From the sequence record SRR22947727_232: DNA of 64,000 nt; one strand, given 5' to 3'. Within the stretch, counting starts at the first letter, position 1, and every line of letters begins with the position of its first letter. Made by a program: the position numbers and the translations under genes. The notes under the pieces are model-generated. The model ran no database searches and had not been told where the DNA came from. It saw nothing but the letters and a program-made list of their open reading frames with translations. Of this stretch, positions 52,751 to 62,019 are shown one piece after another.

Positions 52751-55075
52751 TTAGAATTCGTAACGTAATCCTACCCAGCCTGCTCTAGGGGCACCACCAA
52801 CAAGTGAAGCTGTGGCAATTTCTTCTTCACTAAATGAGCGATCAGCATTTACTCTTGATTCAGCGATACGTCCGCCTGTGTAATATTTGTTATCAAATAA
52901 ATTAGTGACCTTTGCGTATATCTTCCAACCATCAAACATATTTGAAAACTTATACTCAGAGTCTAAATTAACAACAGCGTAGCCAGGAACTTCACTTTGC
53001 AATCCATTAACTGATGAATCATTTTCTTGGTTTTCGTTCCCCATCATATATGATGAACTGAATGCGGTCATCGTTGCACCCAAATGCCATGCTGGATCTG
53101 GTTTATACACTGTTCTTAATTTGAAGCTATGTTTTGGGATATTTGGTAAATAATCACCATCCTCAACCTGAATCGCTCCATCATCCGCAGATGAATTATT
53201 TTCACTAACTAAAGTTAGATCAGTCCCATATTGAGCTTTTACATAGTTATAATTCATGCTTATAGTCCATGTTTCAAACGCTGTGCTCAAACCTACATCG
53301 ATACCTTTTCTTGTTGTTTCTTCAACATTGTCAAAATACCCTGCTGTCGTATTTGCTTCGGTATAAATAAATAATATGTCATCATGGTTCGTAGCGCTGT
53401 AACCAGAAATGTTCCACGAAGTATTACTATTTAAAAAGCTTGTAAATCGCCCTCTAGCACCTGCCTCAAATGTTTTCGCAACAACTTGCTCAAGTGGTGG
53501 ATCATCAGCCATTTGTGTGGGCAATGTACATGGGTTATCTGGGTTCGCACAACCAAGCTCTATACTTGTTGGCGCTCTATTAGCCTCATTATATGAAGCA
53601 TAAGTACTGAGAGTATCAGTTGGAGTATAGGTAAGGCCAACAGATGGATTAAGTCGATCAAAGTCATGGTCACCAGTAAGTGAAGTTGCTCCACCCTCTC
53701 CGTTTAAAGTATCTTCATTACGAATATCTACGTAGTTATATCGTGCTGCCGTATTAATATTCCATTGATCATTTAAAGCATGATTATTTGTTGCAAAAAT
53801 ACTTGTTGTATAAGTTTTACCAGTCAATCCAGACGTTTGTTCTTTTTCTGCTGTTGCACCAGAAAAGAATCCACTTGGATCAAGCGTTGCAATATCTTGA
53901 GAAGATTGCTCAAAATTAACTTTTGAGTATTCAAAAGCTGCGCCAAAAATAAATTGATTACGTCTATCCAATAAATCTTCATCAAATGTTAATTGCCCAT
54001 TAACGCCATAAGCATCAGATTTTGTTGTGGATCGGTTGATGACCCCTTCATTTTCATTGACATCGGCAAGGGTATCACACCCTTCACCTTCTTCTTCACC
54101 AACGTCATCTTCTTCACAATATTCATCGTTTAAGTCACCGTTATAAGTACTTTGATCAAGGTTTCGCCAGTATATGTTCCCTGACGCCATCAATGTATCA
54201 CTCAAAAATTCTGTACCAGCTAATTGAACTTGGTTATATTGCGATCGTGTTTTATCAATGAGGGTATGAACGCCTTCCAAATCATCACCCAATAAGTATT
54301 TTGGTACCATACCGTTACCTACAAGGCTGTTATGAGCACCTGTATAACTCAGATCAATTCTTGTGTCCTCATCTTCATAGCCTAATTTTGCAAAACCTTG
54401 TTGTACTTCTGAAGGAGAAGGTTTTCTCCAACCATCTTCTTGAAAGTAGGAATAACCAGCATAGTAATCATATTTGTTGTCCTCAGAAACCCCACCTGAT
54501 TCTATAAGACCTGTATTTCGCCCCCATGAACCTGTTGATCCTTCAATTGCATTTTTATCAAAAGTTCGACCGCTTTTTGTTTGTAAGCTTAAGGAGCCAC
54601 CCAGTGTATTCAGACCATAAACAGGGTTTGATCCACCCACTAATTGCATATCATCAATAGCAAAATCTGGAATCGTATCCCATAGGACATTGTTACTAAA
54701 AGGCATATTTTGTCTCACACCATCAACATAGATAGACAAGCCCTGAGGATTACCCATTATCGGTGTTGCATTGTAACCACGATAATTGATTTCTAATTGA
54801 TAAGGATTGCCACCGACTTCATTTACTGTAACGCCTTCAAGATTATTTACCATATAGTCAGCAATACTGACACCCGGCTGCTCTCTTATTTCTTCACCCG
54901 TAACAGTCTGAACTGCATACGGAACATCATTTACAGGTAACCCAATTGAGGGTAAAGCTGTTGGGGAGTAAACCTCAATGCTATCTATTTTGACTGATTC
55001 ACCTGCAATGACGCCTGTCGGTAAAAGTAAACTTGTGATAGCAATTAAGCTTATCGCTTTAGAATTTTTTTTCAT
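52751..55075 (-). CDS. TonB-dependent receptor, possibly lanthanide-related (LutH-like)
   Basis: GNPYQ..INYRG, GSNPVYGLNTLGG, RAPT.IELGCA, C-terminal YEF; very acidic loops; upstream of the MxcQE-like pair. Confidence 0.75.
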   Translation of the reverse strand: MKKNSKAISLIAITSLLLPTGVIAGESVKIDSIEVYSPTALPSIGLPVNDVPYAVQTVTGEEIREQPGVSIADYMVNNLEGVTVNEVGGNPYQLEINYRGYNATPIMGNPQGLSIYVDGVRQNMPFSNNVLWDTIPDFAIDDMQLVGGSNPVYGLNTLGGSLSLQTKSGRTFDKNAIEGSTGSWGRNTGLIESGGVSEDNKYDYYAGYSYFQEDGWRKPSPSEVQQGFAKLGYEDEDTRIDLSYTGAHNSLVGNGMVPKYLLGDDLEGVHTLIDKTRSQYNQVQLAGTEFLSDTLMASGNIYWRNLDQSTYNGDLNDEYCEEDDVGEEEGEGCDTLADVNENEGVINRSTTKSDAYGVNGQLTFDEDLLDRRNQFIFGAAFEYSKVNFEQSSQDIATLDPSGFFSGATAEKEQTSGLTGKTYTTSIFATNNHALNDQWNINTAARYNYVDIRNEDTLNGEGGATSLTGDHDFDRLNPSVGLTYTPTDTLSTYASYNEANRAPTSIELGCANPDNPCTLPTQMADDPPLEQVVAKTFEAGARGRFTSFLNSNTSWNISGYSATNHDDILFIYTEANTTAGYFDNVEETTRKGIDVGLSTAFETWTISMNYNYVKAQYGTDLTLVSENNSSADDGAIQVEDGDYLPNIPKHSFKLRTVYKPDPAWHLGATMTAFSSSYMMGNENQENDSSVNGLQSEVPGYAVVNLDSEYKFSNMFDGWKIYAKVTNLFDNKYYTGGRIAESRVNADRSFSEEEIATASLVGGAPRAGWVGLRYEF

Positions 55076-55165
55076 TTATATCAATCTTTATCGTAAATTA
55101 TTGTTTATCGGAGGTATTTTATAGAAGTTTTCTTTAATTCTTAATAGGAATAATTCCTTATTTTT

Positions 55166-56524
55166 TTAATTGCGCAACCAATTAATTTGGTAACCCTCTT
55201 CCCCTTTTATTGATTTGTATTTATGTTGAATAGCAAGATTCGGAACCGCAACTAATTGATTTTTTGCAAAAATTAAAGGAATCTGGCCTCTTTCCCAAAT
55301 AGGAATATCAGCAGTTTGAAATAAATATTTTAGGCTTCGGCTGGGTTGGTCTGAAAAAGGCTTCAGTTTTTCACCGCCTGCCCTGCTTCTTACCCTAAGC
55401 GTTTTAACACCAAGTTTCGATAAAGATAACCCACCTTCTTTAATTTTTATAAATTGTAGTTTTGTTTTATTGGGTAAGTAAAGCTCTTCTTGACCAGACC
55501 ATTTCAAATCAAATTTACTTGGATTAATGTCTAAACTGACAATAAAGAGTTTATTGTTATATGCACGAATAGATGCATCATCAGAAATTTTTAAATTTAA
55601 AGATGTATCCCTTTTTATCAAAAGTATTTGTTTATAGAGTTCGTCTATATTTCGTCTACTTGGCATTAATAAATTATTAAATGAAAGCCACCAACGAATT
55701 AGGTTTATTGCTCTAATCTTGGGAAGACTTTTTAAGTCGGTAATGAATAAATACTTTCCATCATCCGACATAACGCTTTTACTGTCATCCAATGCTACTA
55801 ATTCATTTAGGTGATGACCTTCTGATATATTAATAGCCGAACGACTCATTGTTTCGATTGACGATGGATATCTAGATTCAATTAAAGGCAAAACTTTCTT
55901 GCGAATGAAATTTCTATCGAAATTTATATCTTGATTACTCTCATCTTCAATGTATTCAATTTTTTTATCTTTAGCATATTTTTCAAGTGTATCTTTTTTA
56001 ATATTAAGCAAAGGTCGCCAAAACTTTCTTTTTGAATCAAATTCTGGCATCGCTGCTAATCCTTTTAAGCCTGCGCCTCTTAATAGCTGAAGCATTAATG
56101 TTTCTGCCTGATCATTTTGATGGTGACCAAGTGCGACAATATCTTTTTGAGTTTTCTTTATTGCTTTATATCTTAATTTTCTAGCTTCGCCTTCTATACC
56201 TAATGAAGTTTTTTCATTAATTTTTACTTTTTCACTATGAAATTCAATGTCTAATAATTTACATTTTTCTTTACAAAAATTTAACCAATCATCTGCAGAT
56301 GAGCTTAAGCCATGATGCAAATGAATCGCCTTAAGTTTAAAATTTAATTTAGCTCGCATTTGTGAGAGAAGATGAATTAAAACAGAGGAATCTAACCCCC
56401 CACTAAATCCCATAAGAATTTCTAGATTTGAATTATCTTGTTTTAAGTTTTCAAGAAAAGATTGGTAAATTTTATCCTGAATTTCATTTTCATTTTCATT
56501 TTTCACTGTGACTGTGTTGCCCAA
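55166..56524 (-). CDS. tilS: tRNA(Ile)-lysidine synthetase (start uncertain, overlaps accA)
   Basis: [24 protein letters not shown]. Confidence 0.93.
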   Translation of the reverse strand: MGNTVTVKNENENEIQDKIYQSFLENLKQDNSNLEILMGFSGGLDSSVLIHLLSQMRAKLNFKLKAIHLHHGLSSSADDWLNFCKEKCKLLDIEFHSEKVKINEKTSLGIEGEARKLRYKAIKKTQKDIVALGHHQNDQAETLMLQLLRGAGLKGLAAMPEFDSKRKFWRPLLNIKKDTLEKYAKDKKIEYIEDESNQDINFDRNFIRKKVLPLIESRYPSSIETMSRSAINISEGHHLNELVALDDSKSVMSDDGKYLFITDLKSLPKIRAINLIRWWLSFNNLLMPSRRNIDELYKQILLIKRDTSLNLKISDDASIRAYNNKLFIVSLDINPSKFDLKWSGQEELYLPNKTKLQFIKIKEGGLSLSKLGVKTLRVRSRAGGEKLKPFSDQPSRSLKYLFQTADIPIWERGQIPLIFAKNQLVAVPNLAIQHKYKSIKGEEGYQINWLRN

Positions 56525-57464
56525 AGCTTGTTAATCGCTCATATCTATTTTTAAGTAACTCATCAGTTGGAATTGTCCTTAATTGCATCAATTGATCTTT
56601 TAGAGTTTTTTTAACATTTTTCATTGTCATTGCATAATCTCTATGTGCGCCGCCTAATGGCTCTGACACAATTTCATCTACTAGGCCTAATTTTTTTAAT
56701 TTCGCAGATGTAATCCCAAGACTCTCAGCAGCAACCTCTGCCATTTCAGCTTTTTTCCAAAGAATAGAAGCACAGCCTTCAGGCGAAATAACCGAGTAAG
56801 TTGAAAATTCCAACATCGCTAAATAATCAGAAACACCCAAGGCTAATGCACCACCCGAACCGCCTTCACCAATCACAATTGAAATAATAGGCACTTGAAG
56901 CTCAGTCATCACATACAAATTCCTCGCAATCGCCTCTGACTGTCCACGCTCCTCAGCACCAATACCTGGATAAGCACCGGGTGTATCGATCAAAGTGATG
57001 ATGGGTAAGGAAAATTTTTCTGCGAGTTTAAATAACCTTAAAGCTTTTCTATAACCCTCCGGTCTTGGCATACCAAAATTTCTGTGCTGCCTTTCTTTAA
57101 TATCACGACCCTTTTGATGACCAATGACCATCACAGAATGACCTTCAAAGTCTGCAAGCCCGCCAATAATAGCTGGATCATCAGAATAAGTTCTGTCACC
57201 ATGCAATTCTTTAAAATTTTTAAAAATTGCATCAATATAGTCTTGCGTATAGGGTCTTTGCGGGTGTCTGGAAACTTGAGAAATTTGCCATGCAGTTAAA
57301 TTATCAAAGATTTGGTGTTGCATTGCTTCTAGTTTTTCTTGAAGAGAATTTAACTCTTTATTTACGTCGATGGTTGGATGATCATCGTGCGCTTTCTTCA
57401 AACTTTCAATTTTAGCTTCAAGTGTTTCGACAGGTTTTTCAAATTCCAAATAGGTACGCTTCAT
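56496..57464 (-). CDS. accA: Acetyl-CoA carboxylase carboxyltransferase alpha
   Basis: [27 protein letters not shown]. Confidence 0.97.
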   Translation of the reverse strand: MKRTYLEFEKPVETLEAKIESLKKAHDDHPTIDVNKELNSLQEKLEAMQHQIFDNLTAWQISQVSRHPQRPYTQDYIDAIFKNFKELHGDRTYSDDPAIIGGLADFEGHSVMVIGHQKGRDIKERQHRNFGMPRPEGYRKALRLFKLAEKFSLPIITLIDTPGAYPGIGAEERGQSEAIARNLYVMTELQVPIISIVIGEGGSGGALALGVSDYLAMLEFSTYSVISPEGCASILWKKAEMAEVAAESLGITSAKLKKLGLVDEIVSEPLGGAHRDYAMTMKNVKKTLKDQLMQLRTIPTDELLKNRYERLTSFGQHSHSEK

Positions 57465-57492
57465 AATCTCAAATCAGGCCATAAATAATTTG

Positions 57493-60400
57493 CTAATTAT
57501 AAAGTATTTTAACGTTGTCATCTTCGAATGATGCAACAAGTCCAAAAATTAAATCCTCATGAAGTGCAACCGACCACTCAGGTCCTAACATGAGCTCCAC
57601 TTTTCCTTGTTGATTCTGATACTCAATCTTGACCCGACATTTCTTAATATCTGCACCAAAAGCTCCATTACAAAATGGCTTAAGTAAATTTTTAAGCTCA
57701 TCGGGTTTTGCTTGCTTATTTAAAGTAATTTTTAATAACTGTGCCTTTGTGCTCTGGATACTTAAAAGGTCAAACGCTCTGATTACATTAATTCTATTCC
57801 CACCAGTAAAGTCATCATGACTCACTCTGCCTTCAACAAACAATAATTGATCTTCCTTGATCAGCTCATAAAAATCATTCAGCACTTTGCTTCCAACCAC
57901 CATATCCATGCGACCTTCTGAGTCATCCAGTGTAATAATTGCAATTTTTCCACGGCTTGTCATTTTAAACCTCACGTCAGAAATAATGCCCGCAACCAGA
58001 TAAGGCGCCTCCCTAGGGATCAAATCAGATAATTTTGTTGGAATAAATTCGCGAATCATTTTCTTATAGTAGATAAAAGGATGTCCGCTAAAATAAAAAC
58101 CTAAGGCCTCTTTTTCCTCCAGCAATTGTTTTTGCATATCCCAGGGTGTTACATTCACTAATTCTATTTGTTGCTCTTCAGCAGTATCAAAAAGATTATT
58201 CTGACCTATATTTGCATTTGCTTGGTCAGCGTAATTAATCGCTAAACTAATACTTGCAAGCAATGATGCTCTATTATTTTCAATTTCATCAAACGCGCCT
58301 GCCTTTATTAAAGACTCAATGACCCTTCGGTTTACCTTCCTTAAATCTAGTCGCGATGTAAAATCAAAGAGAGATTTAAATGGTCCACTCTTCTGTCTTT
58401 CTTGGAGAATCTCTTCGATAGCAATTTGGCCTGAGCCCTTTAGTGCACCAAGACCATATAAAATTTGCGTTTGATTGACCGTCACAAACTTGAATTGACT
58501 TTGATTGATATTGGGGGGAAGCAACTCCACTTTATTCCTAGCACAATCATCGAATAATAAGTGCACATTGTCTGTGTTATTCATATCCGCCGACATTGAG
58601 GCGGCTATAAATGATGAAGCGTAATGCGTTTTTAGATAAGCAGTTTGGTAAGCAATTTTTGCATAGGCAGCTGCGTGGGATTTATTAAATCCATAACCTG
58701 CAAATTTTTCTAAAAGATCAAATAAATCATTCGCCTGCCTTTCATTAAGCTTATTCTTCGTTGCCCCTTCTATAAAATTGGCTCTCTGTGCATCCATTTC
58801 CTCAACTTTCTTCTTACCCATAGCCCTTCTGAGTAAGTCGGCACTCCCTAGGGTATAGCCAGCAACTACTTGAGCAATTTGCATCACCTGTTCCTGATAC
58901 ACCGCAATTCCATATGTCTCTTTTAAGATTTCTTTTGTTGCAGGGTGGGGATAAGAAACAGCATCAATGCCATGTTTTCTTCGACAAAATTCAGGGATGA
59001 GGTCCATAGGCCCTGGCCGATAAAGTGCAACTAAAGCAATAATATCTTCAAAACAATCTGGTTTTGCCTGCTTCAGCATATCCTTCATGCCTCTTGATTC
59101 TAGCTGAAAGACTGCCGTTGTATTTGAGGCTTTGAGTAAATCGTAAGTCGGCTCATCATCAATTGGAATTTCTTCGATATCGAGTGGCGCTAACTTATCA
59201 GCCTGCCTAATTTTATTTGCATTTTCTATGGCCATCGAAAGAATAGTTAATGTGCGTAATCCTAAAAAATCAAACTTCACTAAACCCAATGACTCAACAT
59301 CGTCTTTATCAAATTGGCTCACCACCCCTTCACCTTCCGATTGACAGTAAATAGGTGAGAATTTTGATATTTCGCTCGGGGCGATCAATACACCCCCTGC
59401 GTGCATACTCACATTTCTTATCAAACCTTCGAGCTTCAAAGCTAAATCAAATAACTCCTTAACCTCCTCTTCTTTCTTAATCCTATCCCTAATTTGACTC
59501 TCTTTTTCAATCGCTTCTGTCAATGTAATGCCCAGTTCCATAGGGATTAATTTAGCAATACTATCGACAAATAAAAATGGAAGGTCTAATACACGCCCTA
59601 CATCTCGAATAACCGCTCTTGCTGCCATGGTTCCAAATGTAGCAATCTGAGACACAGATTCTGCGCCATATTTTTCTTTTACATAATCTATGACACGATC
59701 ACGGCCTTCTTGACAAAAATCAATATCAAAGTCAGGCATCGAAACTCGATCTGGATTCAAAAAACGTTCAAAAAGAAGGTTATATTCAATAGGATCTAGG
59801 TCAGTAATACCTAGGCTATAGGCCACCACTGATCCAGCACCAGAACCCCTGCCAGGTCCTACGGGAATATTATTTTGCTTAGACCAATTTATAAAATCAG
59901 CAACAATTAAAAAGTAGCCTGCATAGCCCATTTGATTAATTACATCGACTTCAAAATTAAGTCGATCGGCGTAAACTTTTTCATCGAAATTTTCTGTTTT
60001 GGTTATATTCTCAAGGCGAAGTTTCAATCCTTTTTCAGCTTCTACTTTTAAAAACTGGTCTATCTGCATCCCATCTGGGATAGGAAAATTAGGCAGATAA
60101 GTTTCACCTAAATGAAAACTAAAATTGCATCTTTTTGCAATTTCAACGGAGTTTTCTAAAGCCGAGGGGATGTCTTTAAAAAGCGCTTGCATTGCTTCAC
60201 TATTTTTAAAAAATTGATTTGATGAAAATGTTTTGGGTCTTCTGGAATCTGCTAAAACATAGCCCTCTGCAATACAGGTTTTGGTTTCGTGTGCTCTGAA
60301 ATCTTCCTCTTGCATAAACTGGATAGGATGGGTTGCGACCACAGGAATTGCATTTTCGGAAGCTAGATGCAGCGCATGCTGAATGTATCGCTCTTGATCA

Positions 60401-60951
60401 TCATAAGCCTTACCCTCTGCATATCTTTGAAGCTCTAAATAAAATCGATCTCCAAATTTTTGCTGCCATTTTAATGCTGTCTCTGATGCTTCCTCAGTTT
60501 TGTCATTTAAAACCAGCTGGCCAATTTCGCCTTGTACACCGCCAGATAAAACAATTAAACCCGCATTGAACTCATCCAGCAGCCATGAGGATTTTATTTC
60601 TGCTCGGCCTTTATATTGATTTTCTAAAAATGATTTTGAAATAATTCGAGATAAATTTAGATACCCTGCTTGAGATTGGCACAATATGAGAATTCGATAA
60701 GGTTGTTCTCGATTTTTTTCATTTTGCAACCAAACATCGCAGCCAATCAAAGGTTTTATTTTTTTATCAATGGCTTTTTTATAAAACTTCACTGCCCCAA
60801 AAACGTTGCTTAAATCTGTTAAGCCAACGGCAGGCATGCCAGTTTCTAATGCTTGATTTAGGTATTCATCAATCTTAACAATACCGTCAGTGACAGAGTA
60901 TTCACTATGGCATCTGAGATGAATAAATTTTGGTTGATTTGCATCTTTCAT
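57493..60951 (-). CDS. dnaE: DNA polymerase III alpha subunit
   Basis: PHP domain HLRCHSEYS, GPGRGSGAGS, SMPDFDIDF, FNKSHAAAY. Confidence 0.97.
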   Translation of the reverse strand: MKDANQPKFIHLRCHSEYSVTDGIVKIDEYLNQALETGMPAVGLTDLSNVFGAVKFYKKAIDKKIKPLIGCDVWLQNEKNREQPYRILILCQSQAGYLNLSRIISKSFLENQYKGRAEIKSSWLLDEFNAGLIVLSGGVQGEIGQLVLNDKTEEASETALKWQQKFGDRFYLELQRYAEGKAYDDQERYIQHALHLASENAIPVVATHPIQFMQEEDFRAHETKTCIAEGYVLADSRRPKTFSSNQFFKNSEAMQALFKDIPSALENSVEIAKRCNFSFHLGETYLPNFPIPDGMQIDQFLKVEAEKGLKLRLENITKTENFDEKVYADRLNFEVDVINQMGYAGYFLIVADFINWSKQNNIPVGPGRGSGAGSVVAYSLGITDLDPIEYNLLFERFLNPDRVSMPDFDIDFCQEGRDRVIDYVKEKYGAESVSQIATFGTMAARAVIRDVGRVLDLPFLFVDSIAKLIPMELGITLTEAIEKESQIRDRIKKEEEVKELFDLALKLEGLIRNVSMHAGGVLIAPSEISKFSPIYCQSEGEGVVSQFDKDDVESLGLVKFDFLGLRTLTILSMAIENANKIRQADKLAPLDIEEIPIDDEPTYDLLKASNTTAVFQLESRGMKDMLKQAKPDCFEDIIALVALYRPGPMDLIPEFCRRKHGIDAVSYPHPATKEILKETYGIAVYQEQVMQIAQVVAGYTLGSADLLRRAMGKKKVEEMDAQRANFIEGATKNKLNERQANDLFDLLEKFAGYGFNKSHAAAYAKIAYQTAYLKTHYASSFIAASMSADMNNTDNVHLLFDDCARNKVELLPPNINQSQFKFVTVNQTQILYGLGALKGSGQIAIEEILQERQKSGPFKSLFDFTSRLDLRKVNRRVIESLIKAGAFDEIENNRASLLASISLAINYADQANANIGQNNLFDTAEEQQIELVNVTPWDMQKQLLEEKEALGFYFSGHPFIYYKKMIREFIPTKLSDLIPREAPYLVAGIISDVRFKMTSRGKIAIITLDDSEGRMDMVVGSKVLNDFYELIKEDQLLFVEGRVSHDDFTGGNRINVIRAFDLLSIQSTKAQLLKITLNKQAKPDELKNLLKPFCNGAFGADIKKCRVKIEYQNQQGKVELMLGPEWSVALHEDLIFGLVASFEDDNVKILYN

Positions 60952-61029
60952 ATATTAATTTATTTTACCTGATAAGCTTTGATAGAATATGAGTAAATAT
61001 AAATTTATTTTAAAATTTTGGAGAAAAAA

Positions 61030-61533
61030 ATGTCACAAGTTACACTCAAAGGAGATCCGGTTCAAATAGGTGGAAATTTTCCTAAAACAGGAGATACAGT
61101 CAAGGATTTTAATTTAGCGAATAACAAACGTGAAAATGTGAATCTTGAAAGCTATGCGGGTAAAAAGAAAATCTTAAATATTTTTCCAAGCGTTGATACC
61201 CCCACTTGTGCCTTATCTGTCAAACGCTTTAATGATGAAGCAGCAAACTTAAGCAATACAGTTGTATTATGTATTTCGGCAGATTTGCCTTTTGCGCAAA
61301 AAAGATTTTGCGGGGCAGAAAAGACAGAAGCTGTTGAGACACTGTCAGCCTTTAGAAATATCAGTCAGTTTTCAAATGACTATGGAGTCGCTATTGAAGA
61401 CTCAAGTCTACAGGGGCTTACATCAAGAGCAGTCATCGTTTTGAATGAATCTAATGAAGTAATTCATAGTGAATTGGTCAATGAAATTACTGAGGAACCA
61501 AATTACGATGCGGCATTAAGTGTTTTACGTTAG
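61030..61533 (+). CDS. tpx: Thiol peroxidase
   Basis: FPSVDTPTC, CISADLPFAQKRFC, EPNYD; ATG at 61030 with SD GGAG. Confidence 0.95.
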   Translation: MSQVTLKGDPVQIGGNFPKTGDTVKDFNLANNKRENVNLESYAGKKKILNIFPSVDTPTCALSVKRFNDEAANLSNTVVLCISADLPFAQKRFCGAEKTEAVETLSAFRNISQFSNDYGVAIEDSSLQGLTSRAVIVLNESNEVIHSELVNEITEEPNYDAALSVLR

Positions 61534-61567
61534 ATTTTAATATTTTAAAAATTTAACTTATACTCCC

Positions 61568-61930
61568 ATGCTTATGAAAAAAAAGAACCTTATAAGACAT
61601 TATTTTATGTTGATGGCAATGTTATTCGTTGTGTCAGGTTCTTTTGTTTCAAACGTCATGGCAGCAGATACCGACTTTGAAGTAATCTGCTCTGGCAACT
61701 CAGTAAAGCTGGTATCCATCTCAAATGATGACAACGATAATTCAATATCAAGCCCGTTCACTGATTGTGTGTTTTGTCATCTCAGTGAAAATGAAGACCT
61801 TTACAACGCGTCCTTTCTTTCACAAACATTCGCAAGTCAATCTCATGTACTGAAAAGAATATATCTCGCAATCATCAGCAATAAAACGATCTCCAGTTTT
61901 TACGCACAAGCCCCACCCCATTTTTCTTAA
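61568..61930 (+). CDS. DUF2946/CruR-like leader protein: signal/TM, ICS, CxxC, C-terminal QAPP
   Basis: EVICSGN, DCVFCHL, YAQAPPHFS; directly upstream of a Cu-type receptor. Confidence 0.8.
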   Translation: MLMKKKNLIRHYFMLMAMLFVVSGSFVSNVMAADTDFEVICSGNSVKLVSISNDDNDNSISSPFTDCVFCHLSENEDLYNASFLSQTFASQSHVLKRIYLAIISNKTISSFYAQAPPHFS

Positions 61931-62019
61931 AAAAATTCAAATTAAAAAATAGTACTTTAATTCGACCTCATTTTTGTGGTTCGAATAATTAAAATAAATT
62001 TATTGAAGATATAATAAAA

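Noticed and set aside
56481-56506. Short (CATTTT)n repeat at the accA/tilS overlap
   Set aside because: About three units, in-frame hexamer encoding NENENE; too short to argue for phase variation.
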